A stretch of DNA of 64,000 nt from an uncultured Planctomycetaceae bacterium (GTDB taxonomy: Bacteria; Planctomycetota; Planctomycetia; Isosphaerales; Isosphaeraceae): positions 3,232,001-3,296,000 of the forward strand of contig CAWIAD010000001.1 in the NCBI GenBank assembly GCA_963833985.1. The letters are read 5' to 3'. The stretch's first letter is position 1. Each line of letters starts with the position of its first letter. This document shows, piece after piece, positions 43,274 to 52,354 of this stretch. The notes beneath the pieces were generated by a model. The model saw only the letters and a list, made by a program, of their open reading frames with translations. It did no database searches and had not been told where the DNA came from. The translations under genes were made by a program, and so were the position numbers.

Positions 43274-43969
43274 TCACCCGGGCAAACGGGGGACGACCGG
43301 GAGATCAGCGAAGTAGAACCCATCGCGCTCAACAATTGCGCCGATGGTCACCGGAATGGGCCCGCGAAAGTTCGGGCTCTGGTAGCAGAACGTATGAAAC
43401 TCCCCGCGCTCGCCGCAGGGATCGACGCTCTCCGGCAACTCGGCAAGCAGGCTGTGGCTGAACTCACGGCCCACGAAGCGGGGCTCAAGCTGCTGCGGGT
43501 CCACGCAAGTCAACACGGCCTTGATCCCGGCGCTCAGCATCTGCCTGGCCAGCGTGGGAGTGTCGCCGGCGGTCGTCCAGATGGGGAAAAGCGGGTCCAC
43601 GTCTGAGCCTTCCAGCAGCCGGACCCGGTAGGCCCGGATATCCTCCAGGAACAGGTCGCCAAAGGCGATGTGAGTGACGCCGGCGGTCCTGGCCGCGGTG
43701 ATCGCGGACTTCATTCGCTGCTCGTACACCTCGTTCGTGCAGGGGTAGGGGAGCCAGACGGGGAACAGAGGCAAGCCCGCCGCGTCCGCCTGCGCTTCGA
43801 CCAGCTCGCGCCGGACTGCGTGCATGGCCACCCGGTCGAACGCCTCGTTGAAGGTGGTCAGGAGCCCGGCGATCTCCACGTCGCCCCGCTGGCGCAGGAC
43901 ATGCAGCGCCCAGGCGCTGTCCTTGCCTGAGCTCCACGAGAGGAGAGTTTTCGGTCCTGGTCGGTTCAT
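43274..43969 (-). CDS. Dph6/MJ0570-like PP-loop ATP pyrophosphatase
   Basis: SWSSGKDS, FGDLFL, DPCGERGEFHTF. Confidence 0.88.
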   Translation of the reverse strand: MNRPGPKTLLSWSSGKDSAWALHVLRQRGDVEIAGLLTTFNEAFDRVAMHAVRRELVEAQADAAGLPLFPVWLPYPCTNEVYEQRMKSAITAARTAGVTHIAFGDLFLEDIRAYRVRLLEGSDVDPLFPIWTTAGDTPTLARQMLSAGIKAVLTCVDPQQLEPRFVGREFSHSLLAELPESVDPCGERGEFHTFCYQSPNFRGPIPVTIGAIVERDGFYFADLPVVPRLPG

Positions 43970-44042
43970 GAGGATCCTCTGCGCCCCGGCTGGGTGGGTC
44001 GCTGGTAGGGCAGGGGGTCCAGCCGGCAACCTCGCAAGGTCA

Positions 44043-45220
44043 TCAGTCCTCGGAAAGTTCGATTCCCAGCGATCTGTCTCTCTCCGGCCCTTCCAACCAG
44101 CTCAGCACCTTGCTGACCGCCTCGAGGAAGAAGAAATCGCCCCACATGACGGATTCGTCGACCCCGAGCTGCTTGTGAAAATGGTAGACTCCATGTTTCA
44201 GCACGCCTTCCCATTCCGGTTCTTCCCAGGCCAGGTAGCGATCGGTGCAGAGCGAGTCCAGGATGGTGAGCGTGGCGGCGCGGTAGCTGGAGGCCAGAGC
44301 CGGATCAACCGGCTCGATGCGGGCGGCCAGGGTCCACAGTCCGGAGGCGGCGATGGCCGCGGCCGAGCTATCGTCGATGCGGTCTGGTCCGTCGGGGACG
44401 TCGAAGTCCCAGGGGGGGACCAGGCTGCCGGGACAGGCGCCAGGTAATACTCGGCGTTCCGCCGGGCCACCTCCAGGTCGGCCGGATCGTGCGTGTAGGA
44501 ATGGACGGTACTGAAGCCGTAGAGCGACCAGGCCAGCCCGCGGGTCCATGCCGAATCGGCATGCAAACCTTGATGCGTCGACTGGCGCAGGAAACGGCCG
44601 GATTCCGGGTCGAAGATCCCCTCGTGCGCGGTCGAGCCGTCGGGCCGCACCAGGGTTGCCTCGGTGGTCCGGCAATGGGCGCAGGCCAGATCGAAGAGCG
44701 CCTGGTCGCCCGTCTTCCGGGCCGCCAGGAAGATGATCGGGACGTTCATCATGATGTCGATGAACAGGCTTTCCGGGCCGATGAACGAACGGAGGTATCG
44801 CCCCCGCGGATTGAACCGGAGAGCCAGCGTCCGCCCGGCCGCCACGAGCACATCTTGCAGACGCGCATCCCCGGTCGCCCGGTGCCAGGGGAGGTAGGTA
44901 TTCAGGAACAGGAAGCCCAGGTCGTGGACGTGGCGGTCGTGCTGGCGGTGCTCGAGCAAGCGGGAATAGTGTTCGGCCTGTTGCCGCCACCAACGTTCGC
45001 CGGTACGCTCGGCGATGAGCCACATCATTCCGGCGTGGAACCCGCCGCACCAGTCGGTCCAGAGCTCACCGCCATGTTGCCAGCGGCCACCCACGGTGTA
45101 GATGGGGAAGTAGTCCGGCGTGCGCTCGACGGTCCGGCGCACCTGGTTGGCCGCGAACTCGACGGCTCGTTCGAGACGGGGCTGCAAGGACGATGGATCA
45201 GCCTCTGACGGTCCGGCCAC
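44043..45220 (-). CDS. Glycoside hydrolase family 88 (unsaturated glucuronyl hydrolase-like; frameshift ~44440)
   Basis: WCGGF..G, HDLGF, IDIMMN, WTRG.AW..YGF, VPPWDF, DSSAAAIAA, WGDFFFLEA. Confidence 0.88.
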
Positions 45221-45393
45221 AGATCGGGCTCCTGTTTCGGGGTTGCTTCGAGACGGATCTTACCAGTGGCTTTGGCGCGGTTCCCAGACGAGAATGTTGC
45301 GGACCCCGAAGCCGCGAGGCAAGTGACGAGAGCGGCGGGCTCGGTAGCAGAAACCGAACGCGACGTTGCCGCAACCTATCCCGGAGCAATTCC

Positions 45394-46485
45394 ATGAACT
45401 TCGAAGAACTGCTCAAGTTTGCCGTCGACCAGGGGGCGTCGGACATCCACTTCCAGTCCGGCTCAGCGCCGCAGTTGCGTATCGGCGGCCTGATCCGCAA
45501 CGTGGAAAGCCCGGCCATAGACGTGATCGCCCTCCGCCAGTTTGCCGCGTCGATCGCGCCGCAGGCCATCGCCGAGGACCTCGACGGCGCGCTCTTCCGC
45601 GGGGCCCGGTTCTCGCGGAGCTTCAACGGGCAGGGCCGCTTCCGGTGCAGCCTGTACGGCCAGCGCGGCAATGCCGGCCTGGTCATGCACGTGGTCCCGG
45701 CCACGATCGCCACCCTCGAGCAGCTCAACCTGCCCCCCGTGCTCCGTGAGATCGCCCAGACGCGCCGCGGCATCACCCTCATCACCGGGCCGTCGGGCAC
45801 GGGGAAATCCACCACCCTGGCCGCCATGGTCGATCAGATCAATGAGACGCTCTACGGCAAGATCGTGACCATCGAGGACCCGATCGAGGTGCTGTATCCC
45901 CACAAGAAGTCGCTCATCGCCCAGCGCGAGATCGGTAGCGACGTGGCGTCGATGGCCGACGGGATCGAGCAGGCGATCGTGCAGGACGCCGATGTAATCG
46001 TCGCCGGCGAGTTGCGCGACGCCACCGCGGTACGGGCCGCGCTGCGTGCCGCCGAAACTGGCCACCAGGTCTTCGCGACCATGTCCAACGCGAACGCGCC
46101 GCAGGCGATCGAGCGTCTCATCGGCATGGTTTCCCCGGAGGAGAAACGGGCCGCCACGGCCCAGATTGCGGAGTTCGTCACGGGCATCATCGCTCAGAAA
46201 CTCGCCGCCACCAAGGACGGCAAGCGCCGGCCGGTCATCGAGATCCTGCGGGGCGGCCAGTACACTCAGCGATGTATTCTGGAGAACCGCTGGACCGACC
46301 TGAGCGGCTACCTGGGCAGCCGGCAGGCTGGCATGCAGCAGATGGAGCAGCACCTGCTCGAGCTCTACCAATCCGGAACCATCAGCGGCACCGAGGCCAT
46401 GAAGCTGGCCACCAATCCCGAGACCGTCGCCGAAGGCCTGCGCGCCATGCGCCGGGCGAGTACCGCGTCCAGCGGGCTGGTGTGA
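45394..46485 (+). CDS. PilT/PilU-family ATPase (divergent paralogue)
   Basis: ASDIH, GPSGTGKSTT, TIEDPIE, DVIVAGELRD, AAETGH. Confidence 0.88.
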   Translation: MNFEELLKFAVDQGASDIHFQSGSAPQLRIGGLIRNVESPAIDVIALRQFAASIAPQAIAEDLDGALFRGARFSRSFNGQGRFRCSLYGQRGNAGLVMHVVPATIATLEQLNLPPVLREIAQTRRGITLITGPSGTGKSTTLAAMVDQINETLYGKIVTIEDPIEVLYPHKKSLIAQREIGSDVASMADGIEQAIVQDADVIVAGELRDATAVRAALRAAETGHQVFATMSNANAPQAIERLIGMVSPEEKRAATAQIAEFVTGIIAQKLAATKDGKRRPVIEILRGGQYTQRCILENRWTDLSGYLGSRQAGMQQMEQHLLELYQSGTISGTEAMKLATNPETVAEGLRAMRRASTASSGLV

Positions 46486-46847
46486 CTCACTCGTATGCGT
46501 TTTCGGGGCGATGGCGACAAACCGAAAGGGCGGGGGGATGGCCGCTATCCAGCCCGGGCCATGCCAAGTCAGAAGATACGCTCCAGATAGCTTCAGTGTC
46601 GCGGACCGACGCACGCCAGACCGATCCAGGGCAGAGCCTGATGAAGTTGTTCAAACTCGTGTCGCAACGCTGAGGGGTCGAGCTGCGATCCGCGCAACAA
46701 ATGCTGATGCAGCTCGTGCGCCTGAAATCGTCCTGACCAGTTGAGTCTTCGGAATGTTCGGTGATTGACATGCCGATTTTGACCCCTCATGATCAACGCG
46801 TTTTCGTGAGACAATCAAATTCGCAGCCGCAAAGAAAAGGGGTTTTC

Positions 46848-47227
46848 ATGGAACAGGTACTTGGAATTGGCGGTATTTTTTTCAAAACGCGCGATCCCAA
46901 GGCACTCGCCGCCTGGTATCGCGAACACCTGGGCGTGCCGGTCGAATCAGAGCAAACCTACGGGGCTTTCACGTCTGCCGCGGCTGGAGAGCAGGCGGTT
47001 TGGTCTGCGTTCCCTGCGGACACCTCCTACTTCGGTTCGGGCCCGGCACCCTTCATGGTCAATTATCGCGTCCGGAACCTCGACGCCATGTTGGCTCAGC
47101 TCCGAGCTGCCGGGCGCAGGTAGACGACCGAGTCGAGGACTACGAGTTTGGCCGGTTCGGCTGGGCGACCGACCCGGAGGGCAACCGTTTCGAGCTATGG
47201 GAGCCGCGCCCACCCGAACAGGGGTAA
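46848..47227 (+). CDS. VOC/glyoxalase family protein (frameshift ~47115); integron-type cassette gene
   Basis: GIGGIFFK..DP..L..WY..HLG, FMVNYRV.NLD, FGRFGW..DPEGNRFELWEP. Confidence 0.88.
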
Positions 47228-47236
47228 GCGCACCGC

Positions 47237-47333
47237 GCCGAACCAACGGCTGAGGCTAACCAGGGCCGCCATCCTGTTTTTCGAGCTACAACGTTCTTGC
47301 AGGCGGCCCCAGCAGCTTGGGTGAGCGTTCCGC
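47237..47333 (+). mobile_element. Integron attC site (97 bp)
   Basis: R'' GCCGAAC starts 10 nt after the VOC stop; R' GTTCCGC; inner stems GCTG/CAGC and GGGCCGCC/GGCGGCCC around a central loop. Confidence 0.75.
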
Positions 47334-47677
47334 AGGCGCGCGTCGGTGTCCTCGGACCGCTGGTATGTTGGACCGAGATGCCCCTTATCTCAGCAGTCTG
47401 GCAAAGACCGGGACAGAGCGAATATCAGCCCCCTGGTGCGGACCACCTCACCGGTCCGACTTGCCCCGACCGGCGGTCGGATCGCCAGTACCAGCGGCGA
47501 TGAATGCAGGAAGCCGGGCCCCAGGTGGGCGCTCGGCACTGGGCCGGGGTGATGCCCGGGGTCGCAGGGATGGCGGCGCGGATAAGGGGACCGCCAGGCG
47601 GGAACCGGGGCCGTTCCCCCTCCTTGGCCTTCGGACCGCACTCGCCGGCTGGGCGTCGATCCCACCGACGACCCGGG

Positions 47678-47706
47678 TTGCTCGCTCGATCGAGCACCCC
47701 TATAAT
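47678..47706 (+). promoter_or_regulatory. Sigma70 promoter with palindromic operator
   Basis: TTGCTC (47678-83), 17 bp, TATAAT (47701-06); perfect palindrome GCTCGATCGAGC (47684-95) in the spacer. Confidence 0.7.
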
Positions 47707-47788
47707 CGCCCAGGGGGGCCGGAGAATCGAATCCTCGGCGCGCTGCACGCGGGATGTTCCGCAATCCGTCCGTATGGAGCTGGCTCAC

Positions 47789-48358
47789 ATGTGGTTCTAC
47801 TTATTTGGACGGAACGACCGACACCCCGACCCGACCAGCGAGATCCATCTCCTCGCGAAACTGGACGAGAGGGGAGAGGAGGTCTTTCTCAGGTTCCAGG
47901 CCAGAGATGATGCCCCTCTAAAGAACGCGGTCGAAGGGGAGCGTGTCTATCTCTGCACCCGTGAAGAGGGCCGATGGTCAATCCGCGGCGAGGCGGAAGT
48001 AGGCGGCCGGCCGATCCGGGGTGCGACCCCGCCCTCCATGGTCACGCTCTATGGCTCCATCGGCGATCGTCATTGGTGGCGGAGGCTCCAACGCGTTCGG
48101 CTCTACGAGGAGCCGAGGTCCGCGGCCGACCTCGGATTCGAGGAGGATATCTTACCTCCGGTCGGCCCGGCCCATGTGATCCGGGTCGCCGGGAGGCGGA
48201 ACGGCACGGCGGACGGTTGGCTCGAAGGGGACACCCGGAGCCCCCTGGATCGGCTCACGGCGGCGATGGATGCCGCCTGGGATGAGGGACGGGTGACGGA
48301 ACAGGCAGTCGACAAGGCGATTCGCAACTTCCGCGCGGGGCGGCCTTATGGCCGATGA
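47789..48358 (+). CDS. Hypothetical protein: EVE/ASCH (PUA-like) domain plus antitoxin-like C-terminal helices
   Basis: GGAG RBS; KNAVEGERVYLC...IRGEAEV...RLQRVRLYEEPRSAADL; tail LTAAMDAAWDEGRVTEQAVDKAIRNFR; overlaps the PIN gene by 11 nt. Confidence 0.6.
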   Translation: MWFYLFGRNDRHPDPTSEIHLLAKLDERGEEVFLRFQARDDAPLKNAVEGERVYLCTREEGRWSIRGEAEVGGRPIRGATPPSMVTLYGSIGDRHWWRRLQRVRLYEEPRSAADLGFEEDILPPVGPAHVIRVAGRRNGTADGWLEGDTRSPLDRLTAAMDAAWDEGRVTEQAVDKAIRNFRAGRPYGR

Positions 48359-48902
48359 TACGACCACGCCTCCGATCATCGCCCTCGATACGAACGCGCT
48401 CGTACAATCGATTCCGACGCGGGGCCGCTTCCGGCCGATGATCGAGGGGTTCGATGCCGGCCGCTTCCTGCTCGTCGTGTCCAACGAGATCCTCCTCGAA
48501 TACGAGGAGATCCTCAAGGCAATCGGCGGCCCGACGGCCTGGTCCGCATTCGAGTCGCTGCTGATCGCCCGCGCCACCTTCGTCAGGCGAGTTGATCCGA
48601 CGTACTTCTGGAAAGCGATCGTGCACGATCCCGACGACGACAATTCCGTCGACTCGGCCGTGCCCGGGGACGCCGATTGGATCGTGACCGAGGATACTCA
48701 TGACAACGTGCTCTTCCAGAAGACGCGCCTGACGGCCGCACGCTCCATCCGTCGCTCTTCATCGAGCGCGTATCTCAGCGCCCCGAACGAGGGGATTGCA
48801 CTCAGCTCAGGGGTTGCCCGATTCGGTCTGATCGACCCAAGCGTCTGGAGGAATTCCTGCGGCTCGATGCGTTTCTTGACGCTTGCCATCCCCGACCCGT
48901 GA
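48348..48902 (+). CDS. PIN-domain toxin (PIN_3/TIGR00305-like); 3' end frameshifted ~48740, true end uncertain
   Basis: IALDTNAL, VSNEILLEYEEIL, DPDDD, ADWIVTED; a typical LHPSLFIER ending lies in another frame. Confidence 0.8.
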   Translation: MADDTTTPPIIALDTNALVQSIPTRGRFRPMIEGFDAGRFLLVVSNEILLEYEEILKAIGGPTAWSAFESLLIARATFVRRVDPTYFWKAIVHDPDDDNSVDSAVPGDADWIVTEDTHDNVLFQKTRLTAARSIRRSSSSAYLSAPNEGIALSSGVARFGLIDPSVWRNSCGSMRFLTLAIPDP

Positions 48903-49064
48903 ACGGTGACACCTGCTCGATTTTATTGAATGGATGTACATGAGAACTCTTGCCCGCCAGGAACGCCGGCTTGTAGAATTCCTCGTGTCCGGGTGCTTCA
49001 TGGTTCAGGGTTTGCGTGGCTGCGTCGCTTGACCGGGGCGACCGCCAGGGCCGGAGGAAACGCG

Positions 49065-50617
49065 ATGCCGGAGCCGACCAGCACGACCGAGTCCAACCCG
49101 CTCCGCCAGGCCTTGCCGCGTGCGCGCGTGCCCGAGCCGTGCGCCATCGTCCTCTTCGGCGCGACGGGCGACCTGGCGCATCGCAAGCTGATGCCGGCGC
49201 TGTTTCATCTGGCACGCGGAGGCAATCTGCCCTCGGAATGCGCCATCGTCGGCTTTGCGCGGCGCGATTGGACCGATACCGACCTGCGGGCCGATTACGA
49301 GAAGACCCTGCGCAAGAATGGCGGGTCCGACTTCGACGAGATCTGGCCGCAATTCGCCAGCCGGCTCGTCTTCTCGCCCGGAACCTTCGACGACCTGGAG
49401 GCCTATCGCAAGCTCAAGGAAAAGCTCGAGGAGCTGGACCGGTCTCACGGCACGCGGGGCAACCGCATCTACTACCTGGCCGTCTCGCCGGAGTTCTTCG
49501 CGACGATCATCGACCACCTGGGCCAGGCCGGCCTGATCTACCCGTGGCAGCAAGAGACTCCCTGGAGCCGGGTGGTCATCGAGAAGCCGTTCGGCCGCGA
49601 CCTGAATAGCGCCGGGCGCTGAACCGCGACGTCTCCCGCGTACTCGAGGAGCGCCAGGTCTATCGCATCGACCATTACCTGGGCAAGGAGACGGTGCAGA
49701 ACATCCTGGCCTTCCGGTTCGGCAACAACATCTTCGAGCCGATCTGGAACCGCCGCCACGTCGGGGCTGTCCAGATCACGGTGGCCGAGGAAGTGGGCAT
49801 GGCCGGCGGCCGGGGCTCGTATTATGACACCGCGGGCGCCATCCGCGACATGGTCCAGAACCATATGATGCAGCTTTTGAGCCTGGTGGCCATGGAGCCG
49901 CCGGTGGACCTTTCGGCCGACGCGGTCCGCAACGAGAAGGTGAAGGTCCTGCAAGCCTTGCCCACGTGGCAGCCCGAGGATGTCTACCGCAACGTGGTCC
50001 GCGCCCAGTACACGGCCGGGTCCATCGAGGGGAGTGAGGTGCCCGGCTACCTTCAGGAGAAGGGCGTGGCCCCTGACTCGAAGACCTCGCCTTACGTTGC
50101 CATGAGGCTGGAGTTGAAGAGCTGGCGCTGGGGCGGCGTGCCGTTCTTCCTGCGCACGGGCAAGCGGCTCCCCAAGCGGGCCACCGAGATCGCCGTCCAG
50201 TTTCGCAAGCCGCCGACCGAGCTCTTCGAGACCGAGGGCGACGGCCACAGCGGCGCCAACCAGCTCGTCCTGCGGATTCAGCCCAATGAAGGCGCCAGCC
50301 TCTCCTTCGAGGCCAAGATCCCCGGCTCGCGCCGGCGGTTGCAGGAAGTGCGCATGGATTTCCGCTACGGGACCGCCTTCGCCCTGCCGCCTCCGGAAGC
50401 GTACGAGCGGCTGCTCCTGGACGTGATGCTCGGCGATCCGACCCTGTTCACACGCACCGACGAGGTGGAAAGCGCCTGGCGGTTCATCACGGAGATTCTC
50501 GACGCCTGGCAGCAGCCCAAGGCCCCTCCGCCCGTGGCATACCCGGCGGGAAGCTGGGGCCCGCCCGAGGCCGACAAGCTGCTCGAGGCTGACGGGGTAA
50601 CATGGCGCAGGCTCTAG
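49065..50617 (+). CDS. zwf: Glucose-6-phosphate 1-dehydrogenase (frameshift ~49615)
   Basis: FGATGDLA.RKL, IEKPFG, YRIDHYLGKETVQN, RDMVQNH, LRTGKR, AYERLL. Confidence 0.96.
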
Positions 50618-50651
50618 ACCGATGCGGTGGGCAATACCTGGGAGAACATCG

Positions 50652-51824
50652 ATGCCTGAGTCGACCACGGACGCCTTCCTTCAGGGCCAGGGCATTCCCG
50701 TTGCACTGGGGGAGATCGAATCCACGCTCGAGCACCTCTGGGGCCCGGCCGCCGAGGTGATCGGCGGACCAGAGCTGGAACATCCCCACGTCACGCGGAT
50801 CGTCCTCGCGGACCTCGTGATCGAGCGGCTCTGTGCCGACACCGAGATTCTTCGCCCCGTTGTGGAGGAGGTCATCGCCCGTCATCCCTGCCGGACCATT
50901 GTGGTGCGTTGCTCGGATGATACCCAGCGGCGGATCACCGCCGAGGTTTCGGCCGTCTGCCATCTGCCCGACCCCGAACTGCCGCAGGTCTGCTCCGAGC
51001 GGATCGTACTGCAAGCCGGCCCCAATGCCCTGGACCTCATCGCAGGAGCGGTGCGGCCCCTGCTCGAGGCCGACCTGCCGCTCGTTCTCTGGTGGACCAC
51101 CGACCCGAGAAACAATGAAGACCTCTTTCGCGACTTGGGCGACGAGTGCTCGCGGCTGCTGCTGGACCTGCCGGACCCCGGAACACCAGCGGCCGCGCTC
51201 CGCCTGGGCCTTGACCCGGCGATCTGCGCATGTAGCCGCGATACGGCGTGGTACGGACTGACACGCTGGCGCGAGCTGGTGGCCCAGTTCTTCGATCCGC
51301 CATGCCACCACGAGACCTTGAGCCGCGTCGATTCACTCCAGATCGAGGTCCTTTCGCCCCAGACTTCTGGACCACCTCGACTGGCTCTCTGGCTGGCGGC
51401 CTGGATGGCCGGACAGCTCGGCTGGAAACCCCAGGGTCAGCCGGTCAACGTACCCGCGGCTTCCGGAAGCAGCTTCCGGGCGGCGTTTCTTGGCCCCCTG
51501 GGAACCCTCGCCGTCGAGATCATCACCCGCGCCATTCCTTCCGACATGCCGGCGACACCCTGCATCACGGGCGTCTCGATCACCGCACGCGGGCCAGAAG
51601 GCGTCGAAAAGTTCCGCGTGAACCGTCCCTCTCCTGGCTCGCCGGACGTGAGCCTCTGCGCGGCGGCCCCCGACTACTGCCGCCTGCCCAGGATGGTCCG
51701 GGCCACCGAGCTTGACCCCGCGCGGCGGATCGCGGCCGCACTCGAATGCTCACGGTTCGACCGACCGTTCGAGAACGCGCGGCCCATCCTGCTCTGGCTG
51801 CTCGAGCACGTGGGAGAAGGTTGA
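50652..51824 (+). CDS. opcA: Glucose-6-phosphate dehydrogenase assembly protein OpcA
   Basis: IE..L..LW, RHPCR.I, VCSE.I.L, LL.ADLP..LWW, W..L..WRE..AQFFD; follows zwf. Confidence 0.88.
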   Translation: MPESTTDAFLQGQGIPVALGEIESTLEHLWGPAAEVIGGPELEHPHVTRIVLADLVIERLCADTEILRPVVEEVIARHPCRTIVVRCSDDTQRRITAEVSAVCHLPDPELPQVCSERIVLQAGPNALDLIAGAVRPLLEADLPLVLWWTTDPRNNEDLFRDLGDECSRLLLDLPDPGTPAAALRLGLDPAICACSRDTAWYGLTRWRELVAQFFDPPCHHETLSRVDSLQIEVLSPQTSGPPRLALWLAAWMAGQLGWKPQGQPVNVPAASGSSFRAAFLGPLGTLAVEIITRAIPSDMPATPCITGVSITARGPEGVEKFRVNRPSPGSPDVSLCAAAPDYCRLPRMVRATELDPARRIAAALECSRFDRPFENARPILLWLLEHVGEG

Positions 51825-51827
51825 TCG

Positions 51828-52304
51828 ATGGAGCTTGCCAACAGCGTCCACAGCCTGGTGCTGCTTGACGAGACTGATGCGTACAATCGAGACACGGCGA
51901 TCGAGGCAGCTCTGGCGCGGATGACCGCCGACGGCCTGTTCCCCGCGACACTCGTTCCCGAACTCAAGGACGCACTGATCCGCCGCGACGAGCTGGGGCC
52001 GACCGGCATCGGTGAAGGCGTGGCGATTCCGCACGCCTGGCACGCCGGTCTGGACCGCCTTGCATCTGCCCTGGCCGTGTCGCGCCGGGGGATCCACTAT
52101 CCCAGTCTCGATGGCGAGCCGGTTCATATTCTGGTCGTGATCATTACTCCGCCGGGCAAGGAGAGCGACGCGGCCAAGCAGAGCCTCCTGGACACCTGGC
52201 TGGGCCCTCTCCGCAACCCGGCCTTCCGTGCCGCGCTGCGGCAGGCAGCCTCCGCGGATGAGGTTCACGCGGTGCTCCGGTCCGAAAAGCGGGATTCCGG
52301 ATGA
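51828..52304 (+). CDS. PTS EIIA (fructose/Ntr-type) domain protein
   Basis: RDELGPTGIGEGVAIPH (phosphorylatable His), SLDGEPVH. Confidence 0.85.
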   Translation: MELANSVHSLVLLDETDAYNRDTAIEAALARMTADGLFPATLVPELKDALIRRDELGPTGIGEGVAIPHAWHAGLDRLASALAVSRRGIHYPSLDGEPVHILVVIITPPGKESDAAKQSLLDTWLGPLRNPAFRAALRQAASADEVHAVLRSEKRDSG

Positions 52305-52354
52305 ACGACTGACCGTGCTGGAGAGATCTGCGACCGCTGGTCGAGGAGGCGTCA

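Noticed and set aside
46674..46786. Tn3-derived MITE (GGGGTC...GACCCC ends)
   Set aside because: The inverted repeat is far shorter than 38 bp and there is no 5-bp direct target duplication.
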